In this document: positions 9,346 through 19,256 of the stretch, in pieces | How the letters are laid out: each line of letters opens with the position of its first letter | How positions within the stretch are numbered: the first letter of the stretch is position 1 | The notes under the pieces: generated by a model | What the model was told of the DNA's origin: nothing | What the model saw: only the letters and a program-made list of their open reading frames with translations | The model's database searches: none | Translations under genes and position numbers: made by a program | Assembly (NCBI GenBank): GCA_964556685.1 | Contig: CAZKWX010000003.1 | Location: forward strand, 78 to 64,077 | Direction of reading: 5' to 3' | Length of the DNA stretch: 64,000 nt | Source: an uncultured Bdellovibrionales bacterium | GTDB taxonomy: Bacteria; Patescibacteriota; Minisyncoccia; Moranbacterales; DUUL01

Positions 9346-11052
9346 ATGTCTTCATCCCTTTATCAAAAATATCGACCAAAAACTTTTTCCGAGATCAGCG
9401 GACAGAGCTTTACTATTCGCACGCTGACCAACGCCATCAAAAATGATCACGTTGGCCATGCCTATTTGCTAACTGGTCCTCGTGGAACCGGAAAAACTAC
9501 CATTGCTCGAGTTTTTGCCAAATCCATCAATTGCCTGGATCTGCAAAAACCCAAAACCAGCAAACAAGCTAACCAAAACACCAGTATTGAGCCGTGTAAC
9601 CAATGTGATAATTGCAAACTGATCCTTGAGGATAAGGCCTTAGATCTAATCGAAATTGATGCTGCTTCTCACACTGGAGTGGACAACATTCGCCAGCTCA
9701 AAGAAGCGGTTCCTCTTCCTCCGTCGGCTTTGAATTATAAAGTCTATATTATTGATGAAGTTCACATGCTTTCGATTGGCGCTTTCAATGCCTTACTTAA
9801 AACTTTGGAAGAACCTCCTGCTCATGCCGTTTTCATTTTGGCTACCACTGAACTTCACAAAGTTCCCGAGACTATCATTTCTCGCTGTCAACGATTTGAC
9901 ATCACTCCTCTCTCTCAAGATCAAATCACTGGGCGCTTGGCTCAGTTGGCCAAAAAAGAAAGGGTTAAAATTGAAAAAGAAGCGCTTGAAACGATTGCTT
10001 TGGAAGCCGAGGGTGGGATGCGCGATGCTGAATCATTGCTGAGTCAAATTATTGCCCTAGAGGACAAGAATATAACTGCCAAAGAAGTTCAGCAAATCCT
10101 AGGCACTTCTTCGCGACGTTTGGTGACTGAGTTTGTTTCGATGATAGCCAGCGGTCAAACTAAAGAGGCCCTAACTAAAATCGACCAAATTCAAAATGAA
10201 GGACTAAATTTGAAGAATTTCAATAAAAATGTTCTGCAATACTTGCGTCATCTGATTATTATTAAGACCAATCCAGATTCAGCCAAGGAAATTATCGGTA
10301 GTATTTCTCAAGATCAGTTCAAGGAAGCTAAGGAAATTGCAGAAAAATTGGTCTTGGAAGATATTTTGTTTTTGACTGAGCTTTTTCAAAAAAGTCTTGA
10401 AGGTTTCAAGGATACTGCTATTCCTCAATTACCTTTAGAATTAGCGGTAGTGGAATATCATGTCAGCAAAAATCAGACAGTTGGTGATCCGGAAGATATT
10501 TCCAAAAATAATCCGGAAAATAAAGAGCCGACGAAACGAGAAAATATTAAATCGCCTGCTACAAAGAAGGGTACCCCACTTCGTCTTGCTGAGCAGGACT
10601 CCGAGGAGCAGGCAGAAAAAGGTATCTTAAAAGATACAGATAATAAAAAAGAGAATAAAAAGGTCATAGAGAAATCAAATAAAAAAAGCAAAGCCAGCAA
10701 TCGAACAGTTACTCTAGAAGAAATTCTAGAAAAATGGTCGGATATTCTCACGGAAGTTAAGCCTCACAACCATTCGATTCATGCTTTTTTGAAAAACTGC
10801 ACGCCTTGTGGAATTGAAGATGATTCACTTTATATAAAAACAAAATATGCCTTTTATAAGGATAAATTAAGTGAAAATAATAATCGGTTGACAGTCCAGA
10901 AGGTCGTTGCTAAAATTCTCGGAGTGTCTTTGAAGGTGGTTTTTTTGACTGAAGCGGAGTGCAAAGATAGAAAATTTGAAAGTTCTAGTGAAAACAAGAA
11001 TGTATTACATGATGCAATGCAAATGATGGGAGGAAGGATTGTGAAGAATTGA
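9346..11052 (+). CDS. dnaX: DNA polymerase III subunit gamma/tau
   Basis: 568 aa; Walker A GPRGTGKTT, zinc module CNQCDNC, AAA+ clamp-loader architecture; stop TGA. Confidence 0.9.
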   Translation: MSSSLYQKYRPKTFSEISGQSFTIRTLTNAIKNDHVGHAYLLTGPRGTGKTTIARVFAKSINCLDLQKPKTSKQANQNTSIEPCNQCDNCKLILEDKALDLIEIDAASHTGVDNIRQLKEAVPLPPSALNYKVYIIDEVHMLSIGAFNALLKTLEEPPAHAVFILATTELHKVPETIISRCQRFDITPLSQDQITGRLAQLAKKERVKIEKEALETIALEAEGGMRDAESLLSQIIALEDKNITAKEVQQILGTSSRRLVTEFVSMIASGQTKEALTKIDQIQNEGLNLKNFNKNVLQYLRHLIIIKTNPDSAKEIIGSISQDQFKEAKEIAEKLVLEDILFLTELFQKSLEGFKDTAIPQLPLELAVVEYHVSKNQTVGDPEDISKNNPENKEPTKRENIKSPATKKGTPLRLAEQDSEEQAEKGILKDTDNKKENKKVIEKSNKKSKASNRTVTLEEILEKWSDILTEVKPHNHSIHAFLKNCTPCGIEDDSLYIKTKYAFYKDKLSENNNRLTVQKVVAKILGVSLKVVFLTEAECKDRKFESSSENKNVLHDAMQMMGGRIVKN

Positions 11053-11159
11053 CAATTTTATATTTATGATTGACGATTAAAAAAGGATCTAATATTGTAA
11101 GTCCTTTGAAATATCGAACCATTGATGTATAATATAGTTACATTAACTATGGTTCTTAT

Positions 11160-11837
11160 ATGAAAGAGAAAGAAAGAAAACGGGCAATCAAACTCAGAAA
11201 ACTAGGACTTTCCTATAATGAAATCTTGGAAAGAGTTTCCGTCTCCAAATCAACTCTATCTGTCTGGTTGAGAGATGTTGGGCTTGCTAAAAGTCAGAAA
11301 CAAAGATTAACAAAGAAGAGAAAACTTGCCCAGCTAAAAGCACAGCGAGTCTGTAGGGAAAGAAGGATAGAAATTACCAAGGAAATAAGAGAAAAAGCTT
11401 CCAAAGAAATTGGAGAGATATCGCAAAGGAATTTATGGCTAGTTGGAATTTCTCTTTATTGGGCCGAAGGGAACAAACAAAAAGAATCTAACGTATCAGA
11501 AAGAGTGGGATTAGGAAATTCTGATCCGGACATCATAAGGATATTTATTCTTTGGCTAACTAAAATATGTAAAATTAAAAGAAGTGATATTGATGTTCGC
11601 TTAGCAATTCATGAAACAGCTAATGAAAAAAGAGCGAAAAAGTATTGGTCTAAAATATCCAAGGTTCCAATTCCAGAATTTAAAAAAACACTGATAAAAA
11701 GGCATAACCCTAAAACTAATAGAAAATATAATAAGAATTATAATGGCCTTCTGATCGTATCTGTTAAGAAAAGTACGAATTTTAATAGGAAAATTAAAGG
11801 TTGGATTGATGGTATTATTGATAACACTGGGGTGTAG
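11160..11837 (+). CDS. HTH-domain protein with LAGLIDADG-like motif (putative homing-endonuclease-like)
   Basis: 225 aa; N-terminal sigma-70 region-4-like HTH (LGLSYNEILERVSVSKSTLSVWLRD); LWLVGISLYWAEGNK resembles LYLAGFVDGDGS of single-motif LAGLIDADG enzymes; stop codon overlaps tRNA-Gln. Confidence 0.4.
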   Translation: MKEKERKRAIKLRKLGLSYNEILERVSVSKSTLSVWLRDVGLAKSQKQRLTKKRKLAQLKAQRVCRERRIEITKEIREKASKEIGEISQRNLWLVGISLYWAEGNKQKESNVSERVGLGNSDPDIIRIFILWLTKICKIKRSDIDVRLAIHETANEKRAKKYWSKISKVPIPEFKKTLIKRHNPKTNRKYNKNYNGLLIVSVKKSTNFNRKIKGWIDGIIDNTGV

Positions 11838-11899
11838 CCAAGCGGTAAGGCAGTAGCTTTTGGAGCTATGATTCGTAGGTTCGAATCCTACCACCCCAG
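11828..11899 (+). tRNA. tRNA-Gln (anticodon UUG)
   Basis: Cloverleaf UGGGGUG/CACCCCA acceptor with U1-A72, D arm GCCAAGCGGUAAGGC, anticodon loop UUUUGGA, T arm GUAGGUUCGAAUCCUAC, discriminator G; near-identical layout to E. coli tRNA-Gln. Confidence 0.85.
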
Positions 11900-12032
11900 C
11901 ATAGTAGGACAAGAAGAGGCAGAAACGCCTCTTTTTGCTTTATTTAAAGCAAGAAAGATCGGTTCGAGGGCTGGCATTCTGATCTTTAGATCTCCAGCAT
12001 CTTCCATGAGCCAATTAAACGGTTCTCTTAGC

Positions 12033-12518
12033 TTAAACTTGGCTATTTTTCTGTCCTTTAGAATGATGTTCGATGATGATCTCCCTGGCATATCCGGCCA
12101 AGTGCAACCCTGGCGGAAAAAAGTCGTGAGCCGTTGTAGAAATTGGACATAGCCCAATTTCATGAGGTTGCATATCTTCGGGATACTTCACGGAGTATTT
12201 TTTCACCACGCCCCGTCCCTCTTCGGCCAATTCCTCCAATATGAGATGTTCCTCATAATTTTGAGGAACATCCTTTGCAGAAATTCTGAGTAGTTGCACC
12301 CTTTGTTTGATTTCAGGCAATCTCTTTTCAAAATCCTTTCTGCTGAGGCGTGGCGGGCGTTCAATGGAACGCACCAATATTGTATTGCGTCCCAGCTTTT
12401 TGATCGTATCTATCAGAATATCAAAGATGGGGTTGTCACTTCCAACGATTTTAAGAGCCTTCAAAAAATCTTCTTTGCTGTTGTGTTTAATTTTTTCCTC
12501 CAATCGTTTATTTTGCAT
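12033..12518 (-). CDS. Hypothetical protein
   Basis: 161 aa ORF, no recognisable motif. Confidence 0.45.
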   Translation of the reverse strand: MQNKRLEEKIKHNSKEDFLKALKIVGSDNPIFDILIDTIKKLGRNTILVRSIERPPRLSRKDFEKRLPEIKQRVQLLRISAKDVPQNYEEHLILEELAEEGRGVVKKYSVKYPEDMQPHEIGLCPISTTAHDFFPPGLHLAGYAREIIIEHHSKGQKNSQV

Positions 12519-12680
12519 TATCGGTTCTTGTTCTTTTTGCTTCCATTATTTTATTTCCCATGGAAAGTGTTGATTCCAGTATGTTGTTTTAATGAACTTC
12601 CCCTCCTCAACCCACATCCAATATGTGGACTGGGGAAGGTGGAGATCCAAGCGCGATGGCGAGGACCTCCGGACATTATA

Positions 12681-13037
12681 TTATGAGAAAAAACTCGCCG
12701 CATAGACTTCCTGAGGGCGCCCTGCTTTTTCCCATTTTTCTTTCATCAGGGTCTTAATCCTCCCCTTGGCGTTTTTGATCTTCTCCGGATTTTCTGATCT
12801 TAAAAATCTCAATTTTATAAGGAGATCTTTTTCGCCTCTCGAGACAAGACTACTATCGCCTGTCCCCGCACAGTTTGCGCAAATTGCAATCTGCACAGGA
12901 AAATCTTCAGGGCAATAATCAATGTCGATATCCCTGAAATAACCCGGTTGCACTGCCAAGGGCCCAGTAGTGCACCAATCACAAGTTTTTTGATGTCTTC
13001 TCATCTTATTCTCCTTTCTTAAAAATTTTTCAGTCAA
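12681..13037 (-). CDS. Hypothetical Cys-rich protein (possible metal-binding)
   Basis: 118 aa; CDWC...CPEDF...CANCAG cysteine cluster. Confidence 0.45.
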   Translation of the reverse strand: MTEKFLRKENKMRRHQKTCDWCTTGPLAVQPGYFRDIDIDYCPEDFPVQIAICANCAGTGDSSLVSRGEKDLLIKLRFLRSENPEKIKNAKGRIKTLMKEKWEKAGRPQEVYAASFFS

Positions 13038-13563
13038 AATATCCCCTCACTATGAGGAGATATCAGGTTGAAATATATAAACAATATACATGCTGAAAAC
13101 TCCTCGTGTTGCCTGGTTGCAACGAAAGAGATTTTTTTGAGTATCATTTTCACAAAAATGCTCGCTTCTTGGTGGAATCGATGTGAAGAATTGAAACCAA
13201 AATACTCTATTTCAATGTACTTATTGTTAATTTTAGAGATAAATATCTTTTCCCCTCCTCAACATGGTTATTTGGTGATTGTGGAGTCTAACACATTAAG
13301 AAATGCTTGCCAAGAGCTTCGAAGTCGAGTCGTAAATTGTATAAAAATAGCTGAAATAAAGTGTTCTCATGTTTTTTTTAGTTTATTTTCTGCGACCGAA
13401 ACGCTTCAAAAGTGAGCTTTCAAAAATTTCTTTGAAAATCCTTGAATATACACTCTGAAAAAGCTTTGGATCGACGTGGCTAGCCCTATTTTACAATTCC
13501 GACTTAATACCCTAGAATAAAATCACCAGCTGCTCCACGTTTCTAACTAAATAACAATATTTA

Positions 13564-14970
13564 ATGAACGAAAATCAAGCGGGGGGAGCAAGTGCGGAGG
13601 GAGAAGAGAAGAAGAAACCTAATTACATCCTAATTGCAGTCATTGCTTTGGCAATAATTGCAGTAGCGATGTTTTTTTCTTCTTCTAATTCTAATAAGAA
13701 AGAGGTTGTGACCATTTCTGGCACAGTGAATTTCAACGGCCTCAAACCTCAAGGAGAAAATCAAGTGGAAGGAAGGATTGTTTTGATGCAAAGAGAAACT
13801 GGCCGAACAGAATTTTCCCAAGCTAGTATTGAAATTGTTTTTCAGGACAACGCAACTTGGGCTTGGGATCAGGCTGAATCGGGCAAAGTCTATGATTTGA
13901 AAGTTGATCTCTTTCTCGGTGACCAACATATCAAATCTTCCAACACCATCACGGTGACTGCTCCAGCGACAAACCAAGTTCTAACCTTGCAGGTGACCTT
14001 GGAAGATGTGCCTCAAGAGATTCTCGATCAAGCAATCTTCTCTGTTTCTGGTCAACTAGACATTAATGGATTTGTACCAAATGGAAGCATCGTGGTAGTT
14101 TTTCAAAAAGAAAAAGGCACGGACGATGAAGCCTATGACCCAGCTACTGAAGAAATTCCAGCAGTCGATGGTGTAGCTTGGAGTTGGAACGAAGCTAAGC
14201 CCGGAAAAGAATATGATTTCAAAGCTGTTATGTCTTTCGAAGATAAGATCATTGGAGAGTCTGATCCAGCTAGCGCAGTGGCCCCTGCCGAAAATGAAGT
14301 TTTGCGCATTCAATCCATTGCTAAAGATCCAACCAAGGAAGAAAAGGCTTCAATTTCTGGAATAGTCAGAATTTCCGGACCAATTGCCGATGGCAGTGAA
14401 GTAGCGCTCTATCAAAAAAAATACGGAACCTCTTACACAGAGTTTAGCGAGTTCCAAAGAATTCCAGCTGTCGATAATAGCAATTGGAAGTGGACTAAAG
14501 CTATCAAAGGAGAAAAATATGAGGTTCAGGCAGTTTTGCAAGTAGCAGGAGTCGACAGTTCTCATAGCAATCAAGTCTTAGCGACTGCTCCAGCCAAAGA
14601 TGAAGTGTTGGCAATCGATACTAATTTATCGCTTAAAGCTCCAACGGGTAAACCTTCAGTAAAATGTGGCAGCATTGATGATACTGGCCATTATAATGCT
14701 ACGGTGACCTACAAGCGCATTGATAAAGCCGCTCTTTATACCCTTGAAGTTGGTTCTAAACCCAACGAACGAGATGTAGCTCATGAAATCAAAGAGCAGA
14801 CTACTAAAAGTGATCCAGCCATGGAAGCTTATGTAAAAGATGGCAAGAAATATTATGCTCGCTATTCCTATTCTGGCTGCAGTGAGTGTGATTTGGAAGA
14901 CAAGAAAAACTGGTCAGGCTACTCACCCACCTTAGGTTTTGTCTGTGCTGCTGAAGGAGAGCAGTCTTAA
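13564..14970 (+). CDS. Membrane-anchored surface protein with three ~95-aa CarboxypepD_reg-like repeats and a C-terminal Cys-containing domain
   Basis: 468 aa; N-terminal TM; three internal repeats of pattern ISG.V..NG..P.GS.V...IPAVD..W.W..A..GK.Y...AP...EVL. Confidence 0.55.
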   Translation: MNENQAGGASAEGEEKKKPNYILIAVIALAIIAVAMFFSSSNSNKKEVVTISGTVNFNGLKPQGENQVEGRIVLMQRETGRTEFSQASIEIVFQDNATWAWDQAESGKVYDLKVDLFLGDQHIKSSNTITVTAPATNQVLTLQVTLEDVPQEILDQAIFSVSGQLDINGFVPNGSIVVVFQKEKGTDDEAYDPATEEIPAVDGVAWSWNEAKPGKEYDFKAVMSFEDKIIGESDPASAVAPAENEVLRIQSIAKDPTKEEKASISGIVRISGPIADGSEVALYQKKYGTSYTEFSEFQRIPAVDNSNWKWTKAIKGEKYEVQAVLQVAGVDSSHSNQVLATAPAKDEVLAIDTNLSLKAPTGKPSVKCGSIDDTGHYNATVTYKRIDKAALYTLEVGSKPNERDVAHEIKEQTTKSDPAMEAYVKDGKKYYARYSYSGCSECDLEDKKNWSGYSPTLGFVCAAEGEQS

Positions 14971-14993
14971 CTGAATATCTTATATATAATGAT

Positions 14994-15725
14994 TTGCTAT
15001 TTGTTTTGACAGATGGGATAATACAGAGAATAATTAAAAACAAAAATATGGAGGAAAAACAAAATGCTTCAGCTGAAAAACAAGCTGAAAAACAAAAAGA
15101 GGCTGTGTCAAAAGATGCCAAGTGTAATTGTAGCGGTCCTGCGATGATTATTCTGGTCATCATAGCTACTGCTTTGGTGGTTGGTGGCGCAGTCTATTTC
15201 TGGCAACAGTTTGTGATGAAAAGTCAAAAGCAAGTTGCCCTGCAGGAAAACCAAGTTGTAGCTAAGCAACTAGCCGACATGAAAAAAGACATGGCCCAAA
15301 TGAAAAAAGCAGAGAATGGAGTAGCTGCCCCTGCTACCCAGGAGGCTGAGACTGAAGAAGTGGAAACAGTGAATATCCACACTTCATTTCAAAAAGCAGT
15401 TAACTCCAAAGACGAAGCTGCTATGGCCAATCTTATGACCGCCAGTGTAAAAGTGATCATTGAAGCTACTGAATGCTGCGGTCAAATGACCAATCAAAAA
15501 GCCACTGATCAAATTGCCGGCTACACCAAGAATGCTGTGCCTTATAATTTTGATCAAAATCAACAAGTGGTTAGACAGATGAAAGTTAACATGGAAGACT
15601 ATTTCGGAAAATACACCATTGGCATTGCTGCCAACCAAGGAGTCTTCGCCTATCATGTAAACGACGTTGGAAAGGTTGACGATGTCTACATGTCAGTTAC
15701 GCACGGACTGTTGGATTTGGAATAA
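14994..15725 (+). CDS. Hypothetical membrane-anchored protein (start possibly at 15048, MEEKQ)
   Basis: 243 aa ORF; single TM then soluble domain; Lys/Gln-rich linker. Confidence 0.5.
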   Translation: MLFVLTDGIIQRIIKNKNMEEKQNASAEKQAEKQKEAVSKDAKCNCSGPAMIILVIIATALVVGGAVYFWQQFVMKSQKQVALQENQVVAKQLADMKKDMAQMKKAENGVAAPATQEAETEEVETVNIHTSFQKAVNSKDEAAMANLMTASVKVIIEATECCGQMTNQKATDQIAGYTKNAVPYNFDQNQQVVRQMKVNMEDYFGKYTIGIAANQGVFAYHVNDVGKVDDVYMSVTHGLLDLE

Positions 15726-15794
15726 ATTTCTTTGCGATAGAAACAAAAAGCGCCTTTCAAGGGCGCTTTTTGTTTATGAAGATAACTACTTTTT

Positions 15795-16415
15795 CTAATC
15801 AATGGCATAATCTCCGCTACAGACATGATCAAAGCCTGCTTTTTTGTGCTTGTCCATGATGGAAATGTCAAGTAAAACTTGTCGGGAAGCCGGATCAAGA
15901 TAATCAAGCGGACAAATTCTGTCAGGATATTTCTTTCCTTTTTGAGCGGCACCAAATTCCCAATGAGTGTTAAAGCCCTCACCGACATAATTTCCCTTTC
16001 TGATCGACTGGCCCACTTCTAAGTCAGGATTAACCGGTTTGAGATGACCATAAAAAGTCTTGGACTTGCCATCATCGTGCTCAATTATCACCGCCCAGCC
16101 CTCTCGACCTCTCTCGTCATAGATGTGAGTCACTTTTCCATCAGCACAAGCAATGATTCGACCAGTTGTCGGGCCACTTTCGTCATAGAATAAAAAATCA
16201 ATCCCTGCATGACCATGAGGATTTTCACTCAATGGATGCTCCAATGTCTCACCCATGGGAATGAGTTGTCCTGGTGGATTGTCTAATGAAAACGGCAAAG
16301 ATATTGTTACATCTGAGAGCTTTTCCTCAGAGCTCTGGAAAAATATTCTCAAAAAAAAGAAAGTGACTCCCAGGGTAACTATAACAATCGCACTTATCAA
16401 TAAGAGCTTTTTCAT
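15795..16415 (-). CDS. M23 family metallopeptidase (LytM-like)
   Basis: 206 aa; N-terminal TM; HAGIDF (HxxxD) and THWEF (HxH) zinc-ligand motifs. Confidence 0.75.
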   Translation of the reverse strand: MKKLLLISAIVIVTLGVTFFFLRIFFQSSEEKLSDVTISLPFSLDNPPGQLIPMGETLEHPLSENPHGHAGIDFLFYDESGPTTGRIIACADGKVTHIYDERGREGWAVIIEHDDGKSKTFYGHLKPVNPDLEVGQSIRKGNYVGEGFNTHWEFGAAQKGKKYPDRICPLDYLDPASRQVLLDISIMDKHKKAGFDHVCSGDYAID

Positions 16416-16463
16416 TTTTCGTGATTTAACTCTTTTTTATTCTACCACAAGACCACTCTCGGG

Positions 16464-17513
16464 CTATTTTTCTATTTTCTCCCAAGGCAAGCCTTCTTCT
16501 CCAAAATGTCCATAGGTAGCCGTTTGAAGGAAAATTGGCTTTCGCAAGTCAAGCTTCTCAATAATCGCCAAAGGGGTGAAGTCATAATTCTCTCTGACAT
16601 ACTTAGACAGATCCTCTGCTCTTTCATTAATCGCTCTGATCATAACCGGTTGAGCTTTTCCAATAGAATAAGCCACAGCTACCAAGCACTCTTTGGCCAT
16701 TCCTTTGGCTACAATGTTTTTGGCCACAAATCTAGCCATATAGGCCGCTGAGCGGTCCACTTTGGTGGCATCTTTTCCTGAAAAACATCCTCCTCCGTGA
16801 GGAACTAGTCCGCCATAGGTGTCAACCATAATTTTTCTGCCAGTCAGTCCCGTGTCCGCTTCAAAACCTCCCAGAACAAAATTTCCTGTTTTGTTGATAA
16901 TCACTTCAACACCGGAGACATCTCCAATGATTGGCTTGATCAGTTTTTCCATCAGTTCTTTTTTAATTTCTTCCTGAGAAACATCTTCATCATGTTGAGT
17001 GCTGACCACAACAGTTTTCACATTACCATTGCACATAGTCACTTGGGATTTCCCATCTGGCATAAGCCAGGGAAGCGTTCCGTCGGTCCGCAATTTTTCC
17101 AAACCTTGAGTCAGTTTGTGCGCCAGCACTACTCCCTTAGGAAGATATTCTTTGGTCTCATCAGTAGCGTAACCATACATAATTCCTTGATCCCCTGCTC
17201 CACCAGTGTCTACTCCTTGAGAAATGTCGGGTGATTGCTGAACAATATTAGTTTCAATTTTTAGTTCTCCGTTGTGACCGATTTTGTCATAAATTTCTTG
17301 AGCAATTTTTTTCGCATCGATTTTAGCATTGGTGGTAAGTTCTCCTCCAATGACTAAAAGTCCATGGGCTCCCAAAACTTCCATGGCCACTCGACTTTTT
17401 GGATCTTGGCGCAAACATTCATCCAAAATGGCATCGGAAATTTGATCACAAATTTTGTCAGGGTGTCCTGACGTGACACTTTCGGCAGTGTACTCTCGAC
17501 AATCATAATGCAT
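16464..17513 (-). CDS. metK: S-adenosylmethionine synthetase
   Basis: 349 aa; GHPDKICDQISDAILD and GGGCFSGKDATKVDRSAAYMAR signature blocks. Confidence 0.95.
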   Translation of the reverse strand: MHYDCREYTAESVTSGHPDKICDQISDAILDECLRQDPKSRVAMEVLGAHGLLVIGGELTTNAKIDAKKIAQEIYDKIGHNGELKIETNIVQQSPDISQGVDTGGAGDQGIMYGYATDETKEYLPKGVVLAHKLTQGLEKLRTDGTLPWLMPDGKSQVTMCNGNVKTVVVSTQHDEDVSQEEIKKELMEKLIKPIIGDVSGVEVIINKTGNFVLGGFEADTGLTGRKIMVDTYGGLVPHGGGCFSGKDATKVDRSAAYMARFVAKNIVAKGMAKECLVAVAYSIGKAQPVMIRAINERAEDLSKYVRENYDFTPLAIIEKLDLRKPIFLQTATYGHFGEEGLPWEKIEK

Positions 17514-17533
17514 TTTTTCTTTTTTAATAAATT

Positions 17534-17670
17534 AAAAACTTTCCCAAAAGGAAAGCTTCATTCAGCATCTTTCCTCGAAAGGCTAGAGTTGGCACCTACT
17601 GAGATCAAACTCAGGGTTGCCGGCAGGTCATTGGGCTAGATCCCTATCTGCACTCTTGATGATATTTGGT
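17534..17670 (-). promoter_or_regulatory. SAM-I (S-box) riboswitch with intrinsic terminator in the metK leader
   Basis: Minus-strand ATCAAGAGTGCAGATAGGGATCTAGCCCAATGACCTGCCGGCAACC...GGTGCCAACTCTAGCC matches the S-box consensus; followed by GGAAAGATGCTGAATGAAGCTTTCC stem + UUUUGGG U-run just 5' of the metK ATG. Confidence 0.75.
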
Positions 17671-17966
17671 TGTGTGAAAATTATAACACCGTTCTCATTT
17701 CTGCGCAATAGATATTTATTATCCTCCTCTGTGATTAATCCCTTTTTTTCATTTCGGTCAGTTTCTCATTTAGAATTAAGCGACTTTTTCGCCTGTATAT
17801 TTACACTTTTAGCTTAGAACATTATTTTTTGAAAGTCTGGTAATTACAAAATCTGAGTCATTCTTGATTTTGCCTAATTAAAATGGTATAAATTATACCT
17901 TGTCGAGAAATATTGTCTATTCAAATCAAACGCGCCTTAACGTTCAACTCAAAAGGAGGTTACACG

Positions 17967-18299
17967 ATGTCAGATTATGAAATCATAGTCGAAATTTTGG
18001 GAATGACGACCCATTTTGTTAACCGACATCCTAAAAAAGTGGTTAAGTTAGCATCAAAAATCTGCGCTGCTATTGCATCGGATCGAGAACTCGAAATCGA
18101 GCCAGAGAGTGTATTCTGTTTCGTCTTTCCAGTTATTGTCGGTGGTTTCGTCAACGACAATAAAACGGTTTTTGTCAGGTATTCAGCTACTTCTTCTGCT
18201 AACCTTGACATGGACTGGAGAAGCGGCGCTCACATTAAAGTCGGGCGAGTATTTTCTGAAATCTTCGGAGATGCTCTTGTTCCTAAACGAATTTTATAA
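17967..18299 (+). CDS. Hypothetical protein (start moved to ATG with AAGGAGG SD)
   Basis: 110 aa from MSDYEII; SD AAGGAGG 7 nt upstream of 17967; higher-GC islet. Confidence 0.4.
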   Translation: MSDYEIIVEILGMTTHFVNRHPKKVVKLASKICAAIASDRELEIEPESVFCFVFPVIVGGFVNDNKTVFVRYSATSSANLDMDWRSGAHIKVGRVFSEIFGDALVPKRIL

Positions 18300-18498
18300 T
18301 AGCCACCATGGGTACTCTAAGAACCGCTGGTCCACGACTGGCGGTTAAATTTTTTGGGTACCTCAAGAGGTACTTTTCGTACTTGCTAATTTTCATATTC
18401 TCAATTACTATTTATCATCACGATAAATAAGAGTTTTCATTTGGCAAAGTTTCAATTGTGAAGTTCATCAATAACACAAGACTTACGGGAGGGAAAAA

Positions 18499-18981
18499 AT
18501 GACAATCTTAACTATTGATCTGGTTGAACATGCAATTCGCTTGGCAGAACCTACAGCCCTTGCCATTCTCGATGACGATCGTGCAGTCTGGGGACCCAAA
18601 TGGGTCGATGGTTTTGTTGATGGACCAGGACTGCAACAGATAGTTCCTTTCACGTTCGGTAATAAACTACCTGCCGGTACATGGAATACTACGTGGGGAC
18701 CAGAAAAAGACTTCGTTAAAGTCGCCGGCAAAAAGTATGACCTGGTAAGCAGAGAAAAGATGTCAAGCAGCCTGATCATTGCTATTATGCCGTGGCTGTT
18801 GCAAAAAGACGAATTTCTCTATGCTGGCGGCGCCTATCGTCATGGCATAATTGCAGTGGCATCTGGAGCGAAAGGGTGGGCGGACGAAGCAATCGGTAAT
18901 GTAATCATCGACATGACCATTATGCTTTCTTACCTAAAAACAGATGCTCTTATTGCAGAAAAAAAGATGCAAATCGAATAA
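18499..18981 (+). CDS. Putative GlcG/DUF336-family (heme-binding-like) protein
   Basis: 160 aa; C-terminal GGAYRHGIIAVASGAKGWADEAIGNV resembles the GG(L/V)P..GAIGVSGG..QDEA block of DUF336; SD GGGAGGG upstream. Confidence 0.4.
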   Translation: MTILTIDLVEHAIRLAEPTALAILDDDRAVWGPKWVDGFVDGPGLQQIVPFTFGNKLPAGTWNTTWGPEKDFVKVAGKKYDLVSREKMSSSLIIAIMPWLLQKDEFLYAGGAYRHGIIAVASGAKGWADEAIGNVIIDMTIMLSYLKTDALIAEKKMQIE

Positions 18982-19077
18982 TACGAGTCACTACCTCGAA
19001 ATAACAGAAAAAGAGCCTACGATGTTAACGTAATAATATCGTTAATGTGTAGGCTCTTTATTATTTGGTAAGTAATA

Positions 19078-19245
19078 TCACTTCCAGTCTTCGATCATAA
19101 TCTTTTGGCCTTTTCGGGTGATGACAACCTTTTGACCTTCTTTGATTTTCAAGGCCTTGATGATTTCCATTGGAATTGTCACTCCATAGCTTCCTGCTTT
19201 TCGATAGACCTTGCGAATGCTTTTTTCTTTTAGTTTTCTTCTCAT
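19078..19245 (-). CDS. AbrB/MazE/SpoVT-type (swapped-hairpin) DNA-binding protein, antitoxin-like
   Basis: 55 aa from MRRKLK (start revised from 19302 ORF); GVTIPMEIIKALKIKEGQKVVI matches the looped-hinge helix of AbrB/MazE; palindromic operator sits 12 bp upstream. Confidence 0.6.
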   Translation of the reverse strand: MRRKLKEKSIRKVYRKAGSYGVTIPMEIIKALKIKEGQKVVITRKGQKIMIEDWK

Positions 19246-19256
19246 AATTATGCTTG

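Noticed and set aside
11868-12163. ORFs 11868..12152 (+) and 11888..12163 (-) next to tRNA-Gln
   Set aside because: Overlap the tRNA and each other; no RBS or known motif; considered non-coding
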